Made by a program: the position numbers and the translations under genes
From: Spirulina sp.
GTDB taxonomy: Bacteria > Cyanobacteriota > Cyanobacteriia > Phormidesmidales > Phormidesmidaceae
Length of the DNA stretch: 64,000 nucleotides
Reading direction: 5' to 3'
Assembly: GCA_044070495.1 (NCBI GenBank)
Contig: JBIPSI010000017.1
Coordinates: 32,001-96,000 of the forward strand
Shown: positions 1-8,445 of the stretch, piece after piece
Position numbering within the stretch: position 1 is the stretch's first letter
Layout: the number at the start of each line of letters is the position of its first letter
The notes under the pieces: model-generated
The model's input: the letters and a program-made list of their open reading frames with translations, nothing else
Told to the model about the DNA's origin: nothing
Databases searched by the model: none

Positions 1-62
1 CGCCCTAAACCTTCGCTATCCTTAGGCATAACCCTCCTCCCTAACCTCCTCCCCACAACGGC

Positions 63-3050
63 ATGACTGTATCCTCCATCCCCGTTCAAAACCGGCGAGG
101 GTTGCGGGAACGCTTCCTCAACCTGATTAACCTACGCGCCGATGAGCAGGGGCGTACCCTGTTGATGTTCGCCTTCTACACCGCCACCTCCATGGGGATT
201 TTGTGGCTAGAGGTGAGTTCGGCAGAGTTGTTTCTGGGGAAATATGGGGCGGATCGCTTGCCCTGGATCTACATCTTCAGTGCCGGGGTTGGGCTAGGGA
301 TGAGCGTGGTCTATTCTTGGCTGCAACGGGTGTTTCCTTTACGCTGGGTGATTGTCTTAATTTCCCTGCTGATGACCTTGCCGATTCTGCTTTTTTTCTG
401 GGGGTTATCGGTAGAGAAATTCACCTTTTTAACAGTCTTTTTACTGCGCCTGTGGATTGAGGCAATCTACAACCTCAACGATCTAAATCTATCGGTCACG
501 GCCAACCAAATTTTCAATATTCGGGAAATTAAGCGCGCCTTTCCAATTATTAGTAGCGGCAATCTGCTGGCCGATGTTTTGAGCGGCTTCTCGGTGGCCA
601 TTTTGATGCGGGTTGTGGGGCTAAAAAACGTGATGCTGCTGTCCTTTGGCGTCATGCTTCTGGGCACCGTCATTCTCTACTATCTCAGTGTCAACTATGC
701 CCATGCCTTTCCAGATTCCCCCAAACGGCAAGCCCAGGATGTAGAAAGCTACCAATCTCGGCAGCGATTAAAGGGGGCGATGCGGCAGTATATCGTACTG
801 CTATTTTCCTTCTTTGTGCTGGCCCAAATGCTGCTGTTTTCCATTGAGTTTCAGTTTTTCCAGCAGCTAGATCTCACCCTGGAGGTAGAAACCATTGCCT
901 CATTTCTAGGGATTTTTAGCGGTTTGCTAGGGTTAATTGAACTGTTCACCCAGTGGTTTACCTCCAGCCGTTTAATTGAACGGGAAGGAGTGTTTGCGGT
1001 TGCCCTGGTGCTGCCCTCGGTGATTGTAGTCGTGGGCGTGCTTACCCTAGCCCTGAGCTTTCCGATTTTTGGGGGAGCTTCTGCGCTCTTTTTTGGCCTG
1101 GTGATTCTCAAATTTTTTGATGAGTGGCTGCGCTATACCCTAGTGGCCACCACCCGCCCGGTGCTGTTTCAGCCCATCTCCGACCGGGTTCGCAGTACGG
1201 TGCAGTCGTGGGTGGGGGGCATTGCCGAACCCCTGGCCATGGGGGGAACTGGGGTGATCATTCTGGTCACCATTGCGGCGGCCAATCGCCTAGGGCTAAC
1301 CGACCCCATCCTTCAGTCCCAGATTTTTCTGGCGGGTACCGTGGTGGCGGGGGTAATCTGGTTTGGCCTCATGGCCCTGCTGCGAACCCGCTATCTCAAT
1401 CTGCTGGTGCAGGGGGCCGAGCGAGGCCTCACCACCTTCTCCGATGGGGATCGGCGGGGGATGAAAAAGAACCTGGTGGAGGGGCTAGAAAAGAATAAAT
1501 CCGAGGCCGATAAGCATTCCTACATCGATCTACTCAGCCAGATTGCCCCCAAGGATTTAGGTGAAGTTCTAACGCCCCACCTGGCCAGCTTTTCCTCCAG
1601 CCTTCAGCAGCACAGTTTGCAGGTGATGATGGAGCACCCCGACCCCAGATACCATCAGTCGGTGCGGGCGTTGCTGGGCCAAACCCAGGGCAGACCGGAG
1701 GTGCAGGCCCTAGCCCTGCGCTACGTGTGGCTGGCCCAGGAAACCTACAACATCGACGAACTGCGGCCCTACCTCTCCCCCGATGTGGATGCGGTGGTGC
1801 GGGGCACGGCGGCTTCCCTGATGCTGCGGCGCGGCAGCATCAACGACCGAGCCGAGGCCACCGCCACCCTACGCAAAATGCTGGTGAACGAGCGGGAACG
1901 GGAGCGGGTGATGGGCTGCCAAGCCCTGGGGGAAGCCGACTATATGGAGTCCCTCAGTATCTATATCGATGACCTGCTTCAGGATCCCTCCCTGCGGGTG
2001 CGGCGGGCCATTTTAGAGGCCATTGCCGCCACCCAATACAAGAAGTACTACCCCTCCCTGCTGAAGGCGTTGCAGTACAAATCCACCCGCGCCGCCGCCA
2101 GCGAAGCCCTCACCCGCCTAGGCGATGATGCCCTGCCCATGCTGGAAACCCTAGCCACCGATGAGTATCAGCCGGAGGTGCTACGAAACCAGGCATGGCA
2201 AGTGATTGGGGCGATTGGCACCTCGCGAGCCTTGGAGGTGCTGATCCAAAACCTGATGAGTTCCTGGGGCCAGACCCGCCGCCAAATTCTGCGGATTTTG
2301 CTGAAGCTCTACCAAGAAACCGGGGTGAAGCGATCCGACCTGATCGACAATGCCCTGGATCAACTGCTGGGGCGCAGCGGCTTTGAGGAACTGCTCGATA
2401 CCGAACTGGCCTTTGTGGGGCAGATTCTCGCCGCCAAGCTTGACCTCGGTGGCACCGCCACCACCATGGAAGAACGCCTGCTGCAATCGGCCCTGGAGGG
2501 GTTGGAAACCGACGCCATTGATCGACTGTTTATGCTGCTGCGGTTTATTTCCCCCGCCAATGCCGTGCAGGCCGCCCAGGCCAGCCTCAGCGGTTCGGTT
2601 TCCAGTTGGGCTAAGGGGCTGGAAATCCTCGATAACTGCCTCGATATTTCCAGCAAGCGCACCATCCTGATTCTGCTGGATCGCCAGCCCGACGACGAAA
2701 AACTCAAGCGCCTTAGCCTCTCTACCCCGCTGATTGCCTACACGCCGCTGTCTCCCCGAGATCGCCTACGGCAACTGCTCGATCTGCGCAACTTCCTGTC
2801 GGATTGGGCCTTGGCCTGCGGCTTCCACCTCGCTAGGGCCAAGCACTGGAACCTAACGGCAGCCCACACCCTCGCTCTGCTGCAACATCCCACGGGCTTT
2901 GTGCGGGAAGCGGTGTTAGCCTACTTGGCGGAGGCTTCTCCCCGTGCCCTGCGCGACATTCTGCCCATGATGCAGCAGGATCCTAACGAATTGGTAGCCC
3001 GTCAGGTTAAGCAACTGATGAGAACCTATAATTTAGAACCAGATTTGTGA
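63..3050 (+). CDS. NTT/Npt1-like MFS-type transporter fused to C-terminal HEAT repeats
   Basis: About 12 hydrophobic segments in aa 1-450 with motif NQIFNIREIKRAFPII, resembling NTT/TLC carriers; aa 460-995 helical HEAT-like repeats (DPSLRVRRAILEAI, HPTGFVREAVL). Confidence 0.8.
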   Translation: MTVSSIPVQNRRGLRERFLNLINLRADEQGRTLLMFAFYTATSMGILWLEVSSAELFLGKYGADRLPWIYIFSAGVGLGMSVVYSWLQRVFPLRWVIVLISLLMTLPILLFFWGLSVEKFTFLTVFLLRLWIEAIYNLNDLNLSVTANQIFNIREIKRAFPIISSGNLLADVLSGFSVAILMRVVGLKNVMLLSFGVMLLGTVILYYLSVNYAHAFPDSPKRQAQDVESYQSRQRLKGAMRQYIVLLFSFFVLAQMLLFSIEFQFFQQLDLTLEVETIASFLGIFSGLLGLIELFTQWFTSSRLIEREGVFAVALVLPSVIVVVGVLTLALSFPIFGGASALFFGLVILKFFDEWLRYTLVATTRPVLFQPISDRVRSTVQSWVGGIAEPLAMGGTGVIILVTIAAANRLGLTDPILQSQIFLAGTVVAGVIWFGLMALLRTRYLNLLVQGAERGLTTFSDGDRRGMKKNLVEGLEKNKSEADKHSYIDLLSQIAPKDLGEVLTPHLASFSSSLQQHSLQVMMEHPDPRYHQSVRALLGQTQGRPEVQALALRYVWLAQETYNIDELRPYLSPDVDAVVRGTAASLMLRRGSINDRAEATATLRKMLVNERERERVMGCQALGEADYMESLSIYIDDLLQDPSLRVRRAILEAIAATQYKKYYPSLLKALQYKSTRAAASEALTRLGDDALPMLETLATDEYQPEVLRNQAWQVIGAIGTSRALEVLIQNLMSSWGQTRRQILRILLKLYQETGVKRSDLIDNALDQLLGRSGFEELLDTELAFVGQILAAKLDLGGTATTMEERLLQSALEGLETDAIDRLFMLLRFISPANAVQAAQASLSGSVSSWAKGLEILDNCLDISSKRTILILLDRQPDDEKLKRLSLSTPLIAYTPLSPRDRLRQLLDLRNFLSDWALACGFHLARAKHWNLTAAHTLALLQHPTGFVREAVLAYLAEASPRALRDILPMMQQDPNELVARQVKQLMRTYNLEPDL

Positions 3051-3093
3051 CGTTTTTGTGACGTTATCTATGCGTGACGTTATTTGTGACGTT
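3047..3093 (+). repeat. Four direct copies of GTGACGTT (three preceded by T, giving TGTGA) between the transporter and the cNMP gene
   Basis: GTGACGTT at 3047, 3058, 3074 and 3086. Confidence 0.85.
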
Positions 3094-3135
3094 TGGCCCT
3101 CCTCAGCGTTTTCCGTTCCCTTGTCTCGTTGACCT

Positions 3136-3714
3136 ATGCCAGACATTACCCTCAACAGCCTAGATCGCCTGCTCTTTATCCGCCGCGTGCCCATCTTCGA
3201 GGAACTGCGGGATGACTTTTTAATGCGCCTTGCCCCGGTAATGGACGAGGTGCGCTTTGAGGCGGGCTACACCATTATCACCGAGGGCCAGGAGGGACGG
3301 GCCATGTACATCATCGTGTCGGGCCAGGTGAGCGTCCATCTCAGCGGGCAGCAGGTAGCCCAGTTCCAGACCGGAGACTGCTTTGGGGAAATGTCGGTGT
3401 TCGATGCCGAGCCTCGCTCCGCCTCGGTGACCACCCTAGAACCCTGCGACTGCCTGGTGCTCACCCAACAACAGCTCTACGACGCCATCGACGAAACCCC
3501 CGGCATCGCCGTCAACATCATTCGTCTACTGTCCCGCCGCATCCGCGAACTCAATCAAGATCTCAACCTCGTCAAGGGTCGTCTTAAGGCCGCCAAAGCC
3601 CACCGCGCCAACCCTGCCCTGCCCGCCACCGAAGCCTACCCCAACGACTATCCCGAAACCTACCCTACCGATGGCTACCCCGTCCCCGCCTGGGATCGCC
3701 CCATCCTCTACTAA
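3136..3714 (+). CDS. Stand-alone cyclic nucleotide-binding domain protein (no obvious HTH)
   Basis: cNMP motifs IITEGQEGRAMYIIVSG and GDCFGEMSVFDAEPRSASV; low-complexity YP-rich tail. Confidence 0.88.
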   Translation: MPDITLNSLDRLLFIRRVPIFEELRDDFLMRLAPVMDEVRFEAGYTIITEGQEGRAMYIIVSGQVSVHLSGQQVAQFQTGDCFGEMSVFDAEPRSASVTTLEPCDCLVLTQQQLYDAIDETPGIAVNIIRLLSRRIRELNQDLNLVKGRLKAAKAHRANPALPATEAYPNDYPETYPTDGYPVPAWDRPILY

Positions 3715-3747
3715 CCTTTCCCCAACCAAGAACCCCCGCCCCCCTAA

Positions 3748-3817
3748 TAACCAATAACCAATAACCAATAACCAATAACCAATAACCAATAACCAATAAC
3801 CAATAACCAATAACCAA
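3748..3817 (+). repeat. Heptamer short tandem repeat (STRR-type), (TAACCAA)x10
   Basis: Ten perfect TAACCAA units ending 10 nt before the next start codon. Confidence 0.95.
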
Positions 3818-3826
3818 TCCCCCTCC

Positions 3827-4768
3827 ATGCCAACCTTCTTCTCCGACGCCGCCGATCTCAACCAAGGGCTGAAGCAGGCGCTAGACCAGCTTTGGGAGTT
3901 CTTCCCTACCCTGGCCCCCCACCAAATCGCCGTGACCTGGGTGGTCTACGATCCGCCCTACATCACCAATACGGGGGGGGCTCTGAGTGCCCACGAATTT
4001 TGGCAGCATCGGCCCCGTGGGGCTAGCTATCGCGGCGTGGAACTCATCTATCCAGCCAGTGTGGTGAAGCTGTTTTACCTAGTCGCCGCCCAGGAATGGC
4101 TAGAACAGGGCATGATCCAATCCTCGGCAGAGCTAGACCGCGCCCTGCGGGATATGATTGTGGACTCTAGCAACGACGCCACCAGCCTGGTGATGGATGT
4201 GCTAACGGGTACCACCAGTGGCCCCGAACTGCCCCCTGGCCCCTTTGAAACCTGGCAGTACCAGCGCAACATTGTGAATCGCTTTTTCCAATCCTTGCAG
4301 TGGCCGGAGGTGGCGACGGTTAATATGAACCAAAAGACCTGGTGCGATGGCCCCTACGGTCGGGAGCGGGCCTTTGTGGGCGAACACTACGAAAACCGGA
4401 ACAAATTGACCACCAACGCCGTGGCGCGACTAATCCACAGCTTGGCGGGCGGGGTGGCGGTGTCGGCGGCGCGTTCCCAGGCCATGCTGGCATTGATGCG
4501 GCGGGATCTCACCCTAGAGAGGCCCCCCAGCGAAGAGGAGGATCAGGTGAGCGGATTCATTGGATCGGGGCTACCGACCAACGCCGCGCTCTATTCCAAG
4601 GCCGGATTTACCAGCCAGGTGCGCCACGATGCCGCCTACATCGAAATTCCGGGCCACCATCCCTTTACCCTAGTAGTCTTCACCGAGGGGCGAGAACACA
4701 GCAAGAACCGCGAGATCATCCCCTACCTCGCCCAGCAATTAGCCGCCCAAACCTGTTTGGAGCCTTAG
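3827..4768 (+). CDS. Class A beta-lactamase-like serine hydrolase
   Basis: SxxK (ASVVK), SxN (DSSND) and KxG (SKAG) motifs in the expected order; no signal peptide. Confidence 0.85.
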   Translation: MPTFFSDAADLNQGLKQALDQLWEFFPTLAPHQIAVTWVVYDPPYITNTGGALSAHEFWQHRPRGASYRGVELIYPASVVKLFYLVAAQEWLEQGMIQSSAELDRALRDMIVDSSNDATSLVMDVLTGTTSGPELPPGPFETWQYQRNIVNRFFQSLQWPEVATVNMNQKTWCDGPYGRERAFVGEHYENRNKLTTNAVARLIHSLAGGVAVSAARSQAMLALMRRDLTLERPPSEEEDQVSGFIGSGLPTNAALYSKAGFTSQVRHDAAYIEIPGHHPFTLVVFTEGREHSKNREIIPYLAQQLAAQTCLEP

Positions 4769-4831
4769 CCTCAAGGCGGGTTCAGTTTCTGGGGCTATGA
4801 CCGCACGGGCCTGGGAATCGGGCTGGGATTA

Positions 4832-4862
4832 ATGTCTAGGTTGATGTCTAGATTCATGTCTG
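4832..4862 (+). repeat. Short 12-nt tandem repeat ATGTCTAG(G/A)TT(G/C), about 2.5 copies
   Basis: atgtctaggttg atgtctagattc atgtctg. Confidence 0.6.
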
Positions 4863-4909
4863 GGGGGCGATTCATCGCAGATCTGGATCGACAATAGAGT
4901 TATCCAGCC

Positions 4910-5449
4910 GTGCCCGTACCCAAGTTGTCTGAACTTGCCCTCACCTCAGCCAAGGGGGTTGCTATGGCTATGCATTCACACCGCGATGCTCGCGTTCCGA
5001 TTTTGGCAGAACTGCGTTTAACGCAGCAAATCGTCGCCTTTTGGGTGGTGTTCTTGCTCGGTCTTCTCTTTCATACCCAAATTGCGCTTATGCCCCTGTT
5101 CCATGGCCTAGGGGTGCTTGCGCCCCATGGTCATGTGGCCACCTCCATCACCGAAATTACGCCCGTTTTGTGGGGGATGGTGGCCTTCTTTGTTCTGCCG
5201 CTGGTGGCGATTTTAGCCCTGGTTGTGCATCCGTCCCGTCGCCTGTGTCAGGCCCATTTTGGCCTCACGGTGGTGTATACGCTGCTGAATATCGGCCACC
5301 TTGCCGCCGATTTGTTGATCAAGCCCGTCGCCTGGTACCAAATTGTGTTGATGGTGCTGTTGCTGGTGGTGGGGCTTCTGCTCAACCGATTTGCCTACCA
5401 ATGGTGGCGTATGTACTCCCCTCACCCCAGGCCCCTATCGGCCACCTAG
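4910..5449 (+). CDS. Hypothetical integral membrane protein (about 4 TM); true start may be the internal ATG near 4964
   Basis: Four hydrophobic segments; no recognised motif. Confidence 0.7.
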   Translation: MPVPKLSELALTSAKGVAMAMHSHRDARVPILAELRLTQQIVAFWVVFLLGLLFHTQIALMPLFHGLGVLAPHGHVATSITEITPVLWGMVAFFVLPLVAILALVVHPSRRLCQAHFGLTVVYTLLNIGHLAADLLIKPVAWYQIVLMVLLLVVGLLLNRFAYQWWRMYSPHPRPLSAT

Positions 5450-5678
5450 GCCAACTGGGGATGGCCTGATAGCCCTTAACCGTTGAAAAATGCCGCTTCC
5501 ATGGCCAAAAAGAGGAAGGTTAGTGGCCCATTTCCCTGCATCGGAAAATGTTGCATCTGGGCCGTCCCTCCCCTGGAAAGAGGTGGTACAATTCTCGGCA
5601 ATTACTGTGTGGTGTGTATAGACCTGAAGGTCAGTTCCGAAAGGTTATCTGCAATAAGGTCATCTGCAATTTTGAGGA

Positions 5679-6536
5679 GTGAAGATTAAATCCATGGCTT
5701 ACCTAAAATCCCTATCCGCCCTAGCGGGTGTGGCAGCAGCGGCTACCCTGATCAGCGCTCTGCCTGCCCAAGCCGAAGGCAATCCCCTGTCCACCGAAGC
5801 TGTGGTAGAGGTGATCACCCTAGACGCCACCGAAACCCTGGCCACCGAGACCCTCGATCAAGGCGAAGTCGTCTCTGAGATTATCCCCACCGGAGTCATC
5901 TCTGAAACCTCTGCCGAGCTAGCGGAAGCCATCCCCGCCGATGCCGCCACCACCGCCACCCTGCTGACGGAGTCTGCGGCTCCCGTAGCGTTCCAAGTCA
6001 CCGATGATGCCCTGATTAGTTTTGACAACGCCGGGCTTCAGGCCGCCCTCAACGATTCCATCACCGAAGCGGCTCCCGCCCTCAACGAAGGCGTCGAATT
6101 GGCCCAGTCTTCCCGGCGTGGCTATGACGCCGTTTCCCCCGCCTACCTGGGCGTGGCCGGTAACGTGGGCTTTGGCGACCCCGATAGCGCTATCGGTGAC
6201 TTTGGCGTCAACGTGATTAGTAAGATCTCCCTCGGCCCCCGGTTCTCCCTGCGGCCCGCTTTCTTCATCTCCGAGCGCTTCACCAACTTTGCTATCCCCC
6301 TCACCTACAACTTCAACACCATCGCGGCCCGTGGTGTGCGCTTCCAGCCCTACGTAGGGGCTGGGGTAGATGTACCCTTCAACGGCAACACCGCCCTGAT
6401 GCTGAATGCCGGTGCTGATGTGCCCATTTCCCGCACCTTTACCCTCAATGCCGCCACCAATGTGCGCGTCACCAGTGGGTTTGGGCTTGGGTTCTCCCTG
6501 GGTGTGGGCTACAACTTCCCCTTCATCTTCGAGTAA
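5679..6536 (+). CDS. Outer-membrane beta-barrel protein with acidic Ala/Thr/Glu-rich N-terminal region
   Basis: Signal peptide ending AQA; C-terminal amphipathic strands (PYVGAGVDV, LGVGYNF). Confidence 0.75.
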   Translation: MKIKSMAYLKSLSALAGVAAAATLISALPAQAEGNPLSTEAVVEVITLDATETLATETLDQGEVVSEIIPTGVISETSAELAEAIPADAATTATLLTESAAPVAFQVTDDALISFDNAGLQAALNDSITEAAPALNEGVELAQSSRRGYDAVSPAYLGVAGNVGFGDPDSAIGDFGVNVISKISLGPRFSLRPAFFISERFTNFAIPLTYNFNTIAARGVRFQPYVGAGVDVPFNGNTALMLNAGADVPISRTFTLNAATNVRVTSGFGLGFSLGVGYNFPFIFE

Positions 6537-6730
6537 GTTGGGCTAAACCTCTGGCCGGATCGCCTGGCTTGATTGCTGATAAATCCCAGGCGAATCCAAT
6601 GATTTCCCCTAGGGCGGGTACCGATGGTATCCGCCTTTTCTTGTAGGTTTGGTGGGAGCTAGCCTGTCTAGGAACCCCCAGGGCACCTTGAAAGCACCCG
6701 ACAGCGGGGTTCACCTTCAGGGGCATCACT

Positions 6731-8185
6731 ATGACCACAGCCAGCCGCGTCACCTGGGAACAGGTGCTGCAAACCTTCCAGCGCCATTGGGGCTACGACC
6801 ATTTCCGCAAACCCCAGGACGACATCATCAAAGCCCTCCTAGACCGTCGCGATGTGCTGGTGGTGCTGCCCACCGGGGGCGGCAAATCCATCTGTTTTCA
6901 GCTTCCCGCCCTGCTGCAATCGGGGCTAACCCTGGTGGTGTCGCCGCTGTTGGCCCTGATGGAAAACCAGGTGCAAGAACTGCGGGAAAAGGGGCTGCCA
7001 GCGGCCACCCTCCACAGCCAAATGCCGCCCCACCAACGTCGTCGCCTTCTGCAAGACCTGGAACACCAACGCCTGCGGTTGCTCTACCTCTCCCCCGAAA
7101 CTCTGCTTAGCCCACCCGTGTGGGATCGGCTGTGTAACCCAAACCTTCATCTCAACGGCCTGATTTTGGATGAAGCCCATTGTCTAGTGCAGTGGGGGGA
7201 AACCTTCCGCCCCGCCTACCGCCGCCTAGGGGCCGTGCGCCAAGCCCTGCTAGATTGCCGCCCGGCGGGAAGCACCCTGCCCATCGCCGCCTTCACCGCC
7301 ACCGCCGATCCCCAGGCTCAGCGGATTCTACGGGAGGTGTTGCAGCTTCAAAATCCCCAGGTGGTAAGGCTCAACCCCCATCGCCCTAACCTGCACCTGG
7401 CGGTCAAACCCGTGATCAGCCAGGGCCAGCGCCACCATGCTATGGGGCGATTCCTGGCCCAGCACCCCCACCAGGCGGGCCTAATCTACGTGCGCACCCG
7501 CCGAGACAGTGAAACCCTAGCCCAGCAACTGCAAGCCAAGGGTTACCGAACCGCCCCCTACCACGCGGGCCTTGCCGGACAGGATCGCCGCCGCATTGAG
7601 GCCGAGTGGATGGCCGACGATCTTCAGTTTGTGGTGTGTACCAGCGCCTTTGGCATGGGGGTCAACAAGCCCAACACCCGTTGGGTGCTCCACTACCAGG
7701 CCCCTTGCACCATTACCGAGTATGTGCAAGAAGTGGGGCGGGCAGGGCGAGATGGGCAACCGGCGACTGCCCTTAGCCTGGTGAGTGAACGCACGGGCTG
7801 GCTAGACAGCAGCGACCGCCAGCGGGCCAAATTCTTTGAGACCCAAACCCAAACCCTCCAGCGCAAGGCCCAGCAGTTGGTCAGCCAAATCCCGGCTACG
7901 GGGGATGTGCGAGAGATTAGCCAAGACTTTTCCCACGGGGCCATTTCCCTCTCCTGGCTGCACAGCACCGGGCAACTGGTGTGGGTCGATCCCTTTCGCT
8001 ACCAGTTGCGACCCCAGACGGGCAGCGTCCCTAACCCTCAAACCAACGCCAGTCAGCAAATGCACCAATTTTTGCACGGTCGCCAGTGCCGTTGGCAGGC
8101 GTTGTTGGTGGCCTTTGGCTTCCGTACCGAGGCCCAGCACCTTTCCCGCTGTGGCCATTGTGATAATTGCCTGAGGTCGCGCTAG
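6731..8185 (+). CDS. recQ: RecQ-family ATP-dependent DNA helicase (short form, no HRDC)
   Basis: PTGGGKS Walker A, DEAH, TATA, AFGMG, QEVGRAGRDG, C-terminal Zn motif CRW...CGHCDNC. Confidence 0.93.
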   Translation: MTTASRVTWEQVLQTFQRHWGYDHFRKPQDDIIKALLDRRDVLVVLPTGGGKSICFQLPALLQSGLTLVVSPLLALMENQVQELREKGLPAATLHSQMPPHQRRRLLQDLEHQRLRLLYLSPETLLSPPVWDRLCNPNLHLNGLILDEAHCLVQWGETFRPAYRRLGAVRQALLDCRPAGSTLPIAAFTATADPQAQRILREVLQLQNPQVVRLNPHRPNLHLAVKPVISQGQRHHAMGRFLAQHPHQAGLIYVRTRRDSETLAQQLQAKGYRTAPYHAGLAGQDRRRIEAEWMADDLQFVVCTSAFGMGVNKPNTRWVLHYQAPCTITEYVQEVGRAGRDGQPATALSLVSERTGWLDSSDRQRAKFFETQTQTLQRKAQQLVSQIPATGDVREISQDFSHGAISLSWLHSTGQLVWVDPFRYQLRPQTGSVPNPQTNASQQMHQFLHGRQCRWQALLVAFGFRTEAQHLSRCGHCDNCLRSR

Positions 8186-8332
8186 AACGAACACAAGGCG
8201 AATCTAACAGCACAGCGCCCCACCGATGCAAAATTCTCGCGGGTGCTCCACGGATTAGTAGGGCAAGGAGATCCTCTCCCTACCGTTTGGCGAATTGGGG
8301 CATCGGGGGGCTGGGGGTGGTATGCCAACATT

Positions 8333-8382
8333 CGGGTATTGGGCTTGTTGGCTCCCATGCCAAAGGCGCTGGTGCAGACCAT
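8333..8382 (-). pseudogene. Inverted, diverged fragment of a recQ gene (helicase motif V region)
   Basis: Reverse complement matches recQ 7631-7680 at 44/50 nt; translates to MVCTSAFGMGANKPNTR versus VVCTSAFGMGVNKPNTR. Confidence 0.85.
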
Positions 8383-8445
8383 GGGCCGCAGGTTATCGAT
8401 CATCCCGGTGGTGTTACCAGGCCAAGGCTTCATCCTCCCTAGGCA

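Noticed and set aside
3748..3817. Possible CRISPR array
   Set aside because: Contiguous 7-mers without spacers; no repeat-spacer array or cas gene seen in the window.
3526..3865. Minus-strand ORFs with (LLVIGYW)n repeats; similar ORFs at 50193-50427
   Set aside because: They are translations of the TAACCAA heptamer tract and overlap real genes.
3827..4768. Acquired antibiotic-resistance beta-lactamase
   Set aside because: No signal peptide and no mobile context; it looks like a native cyanobacterial serine hydrolase.
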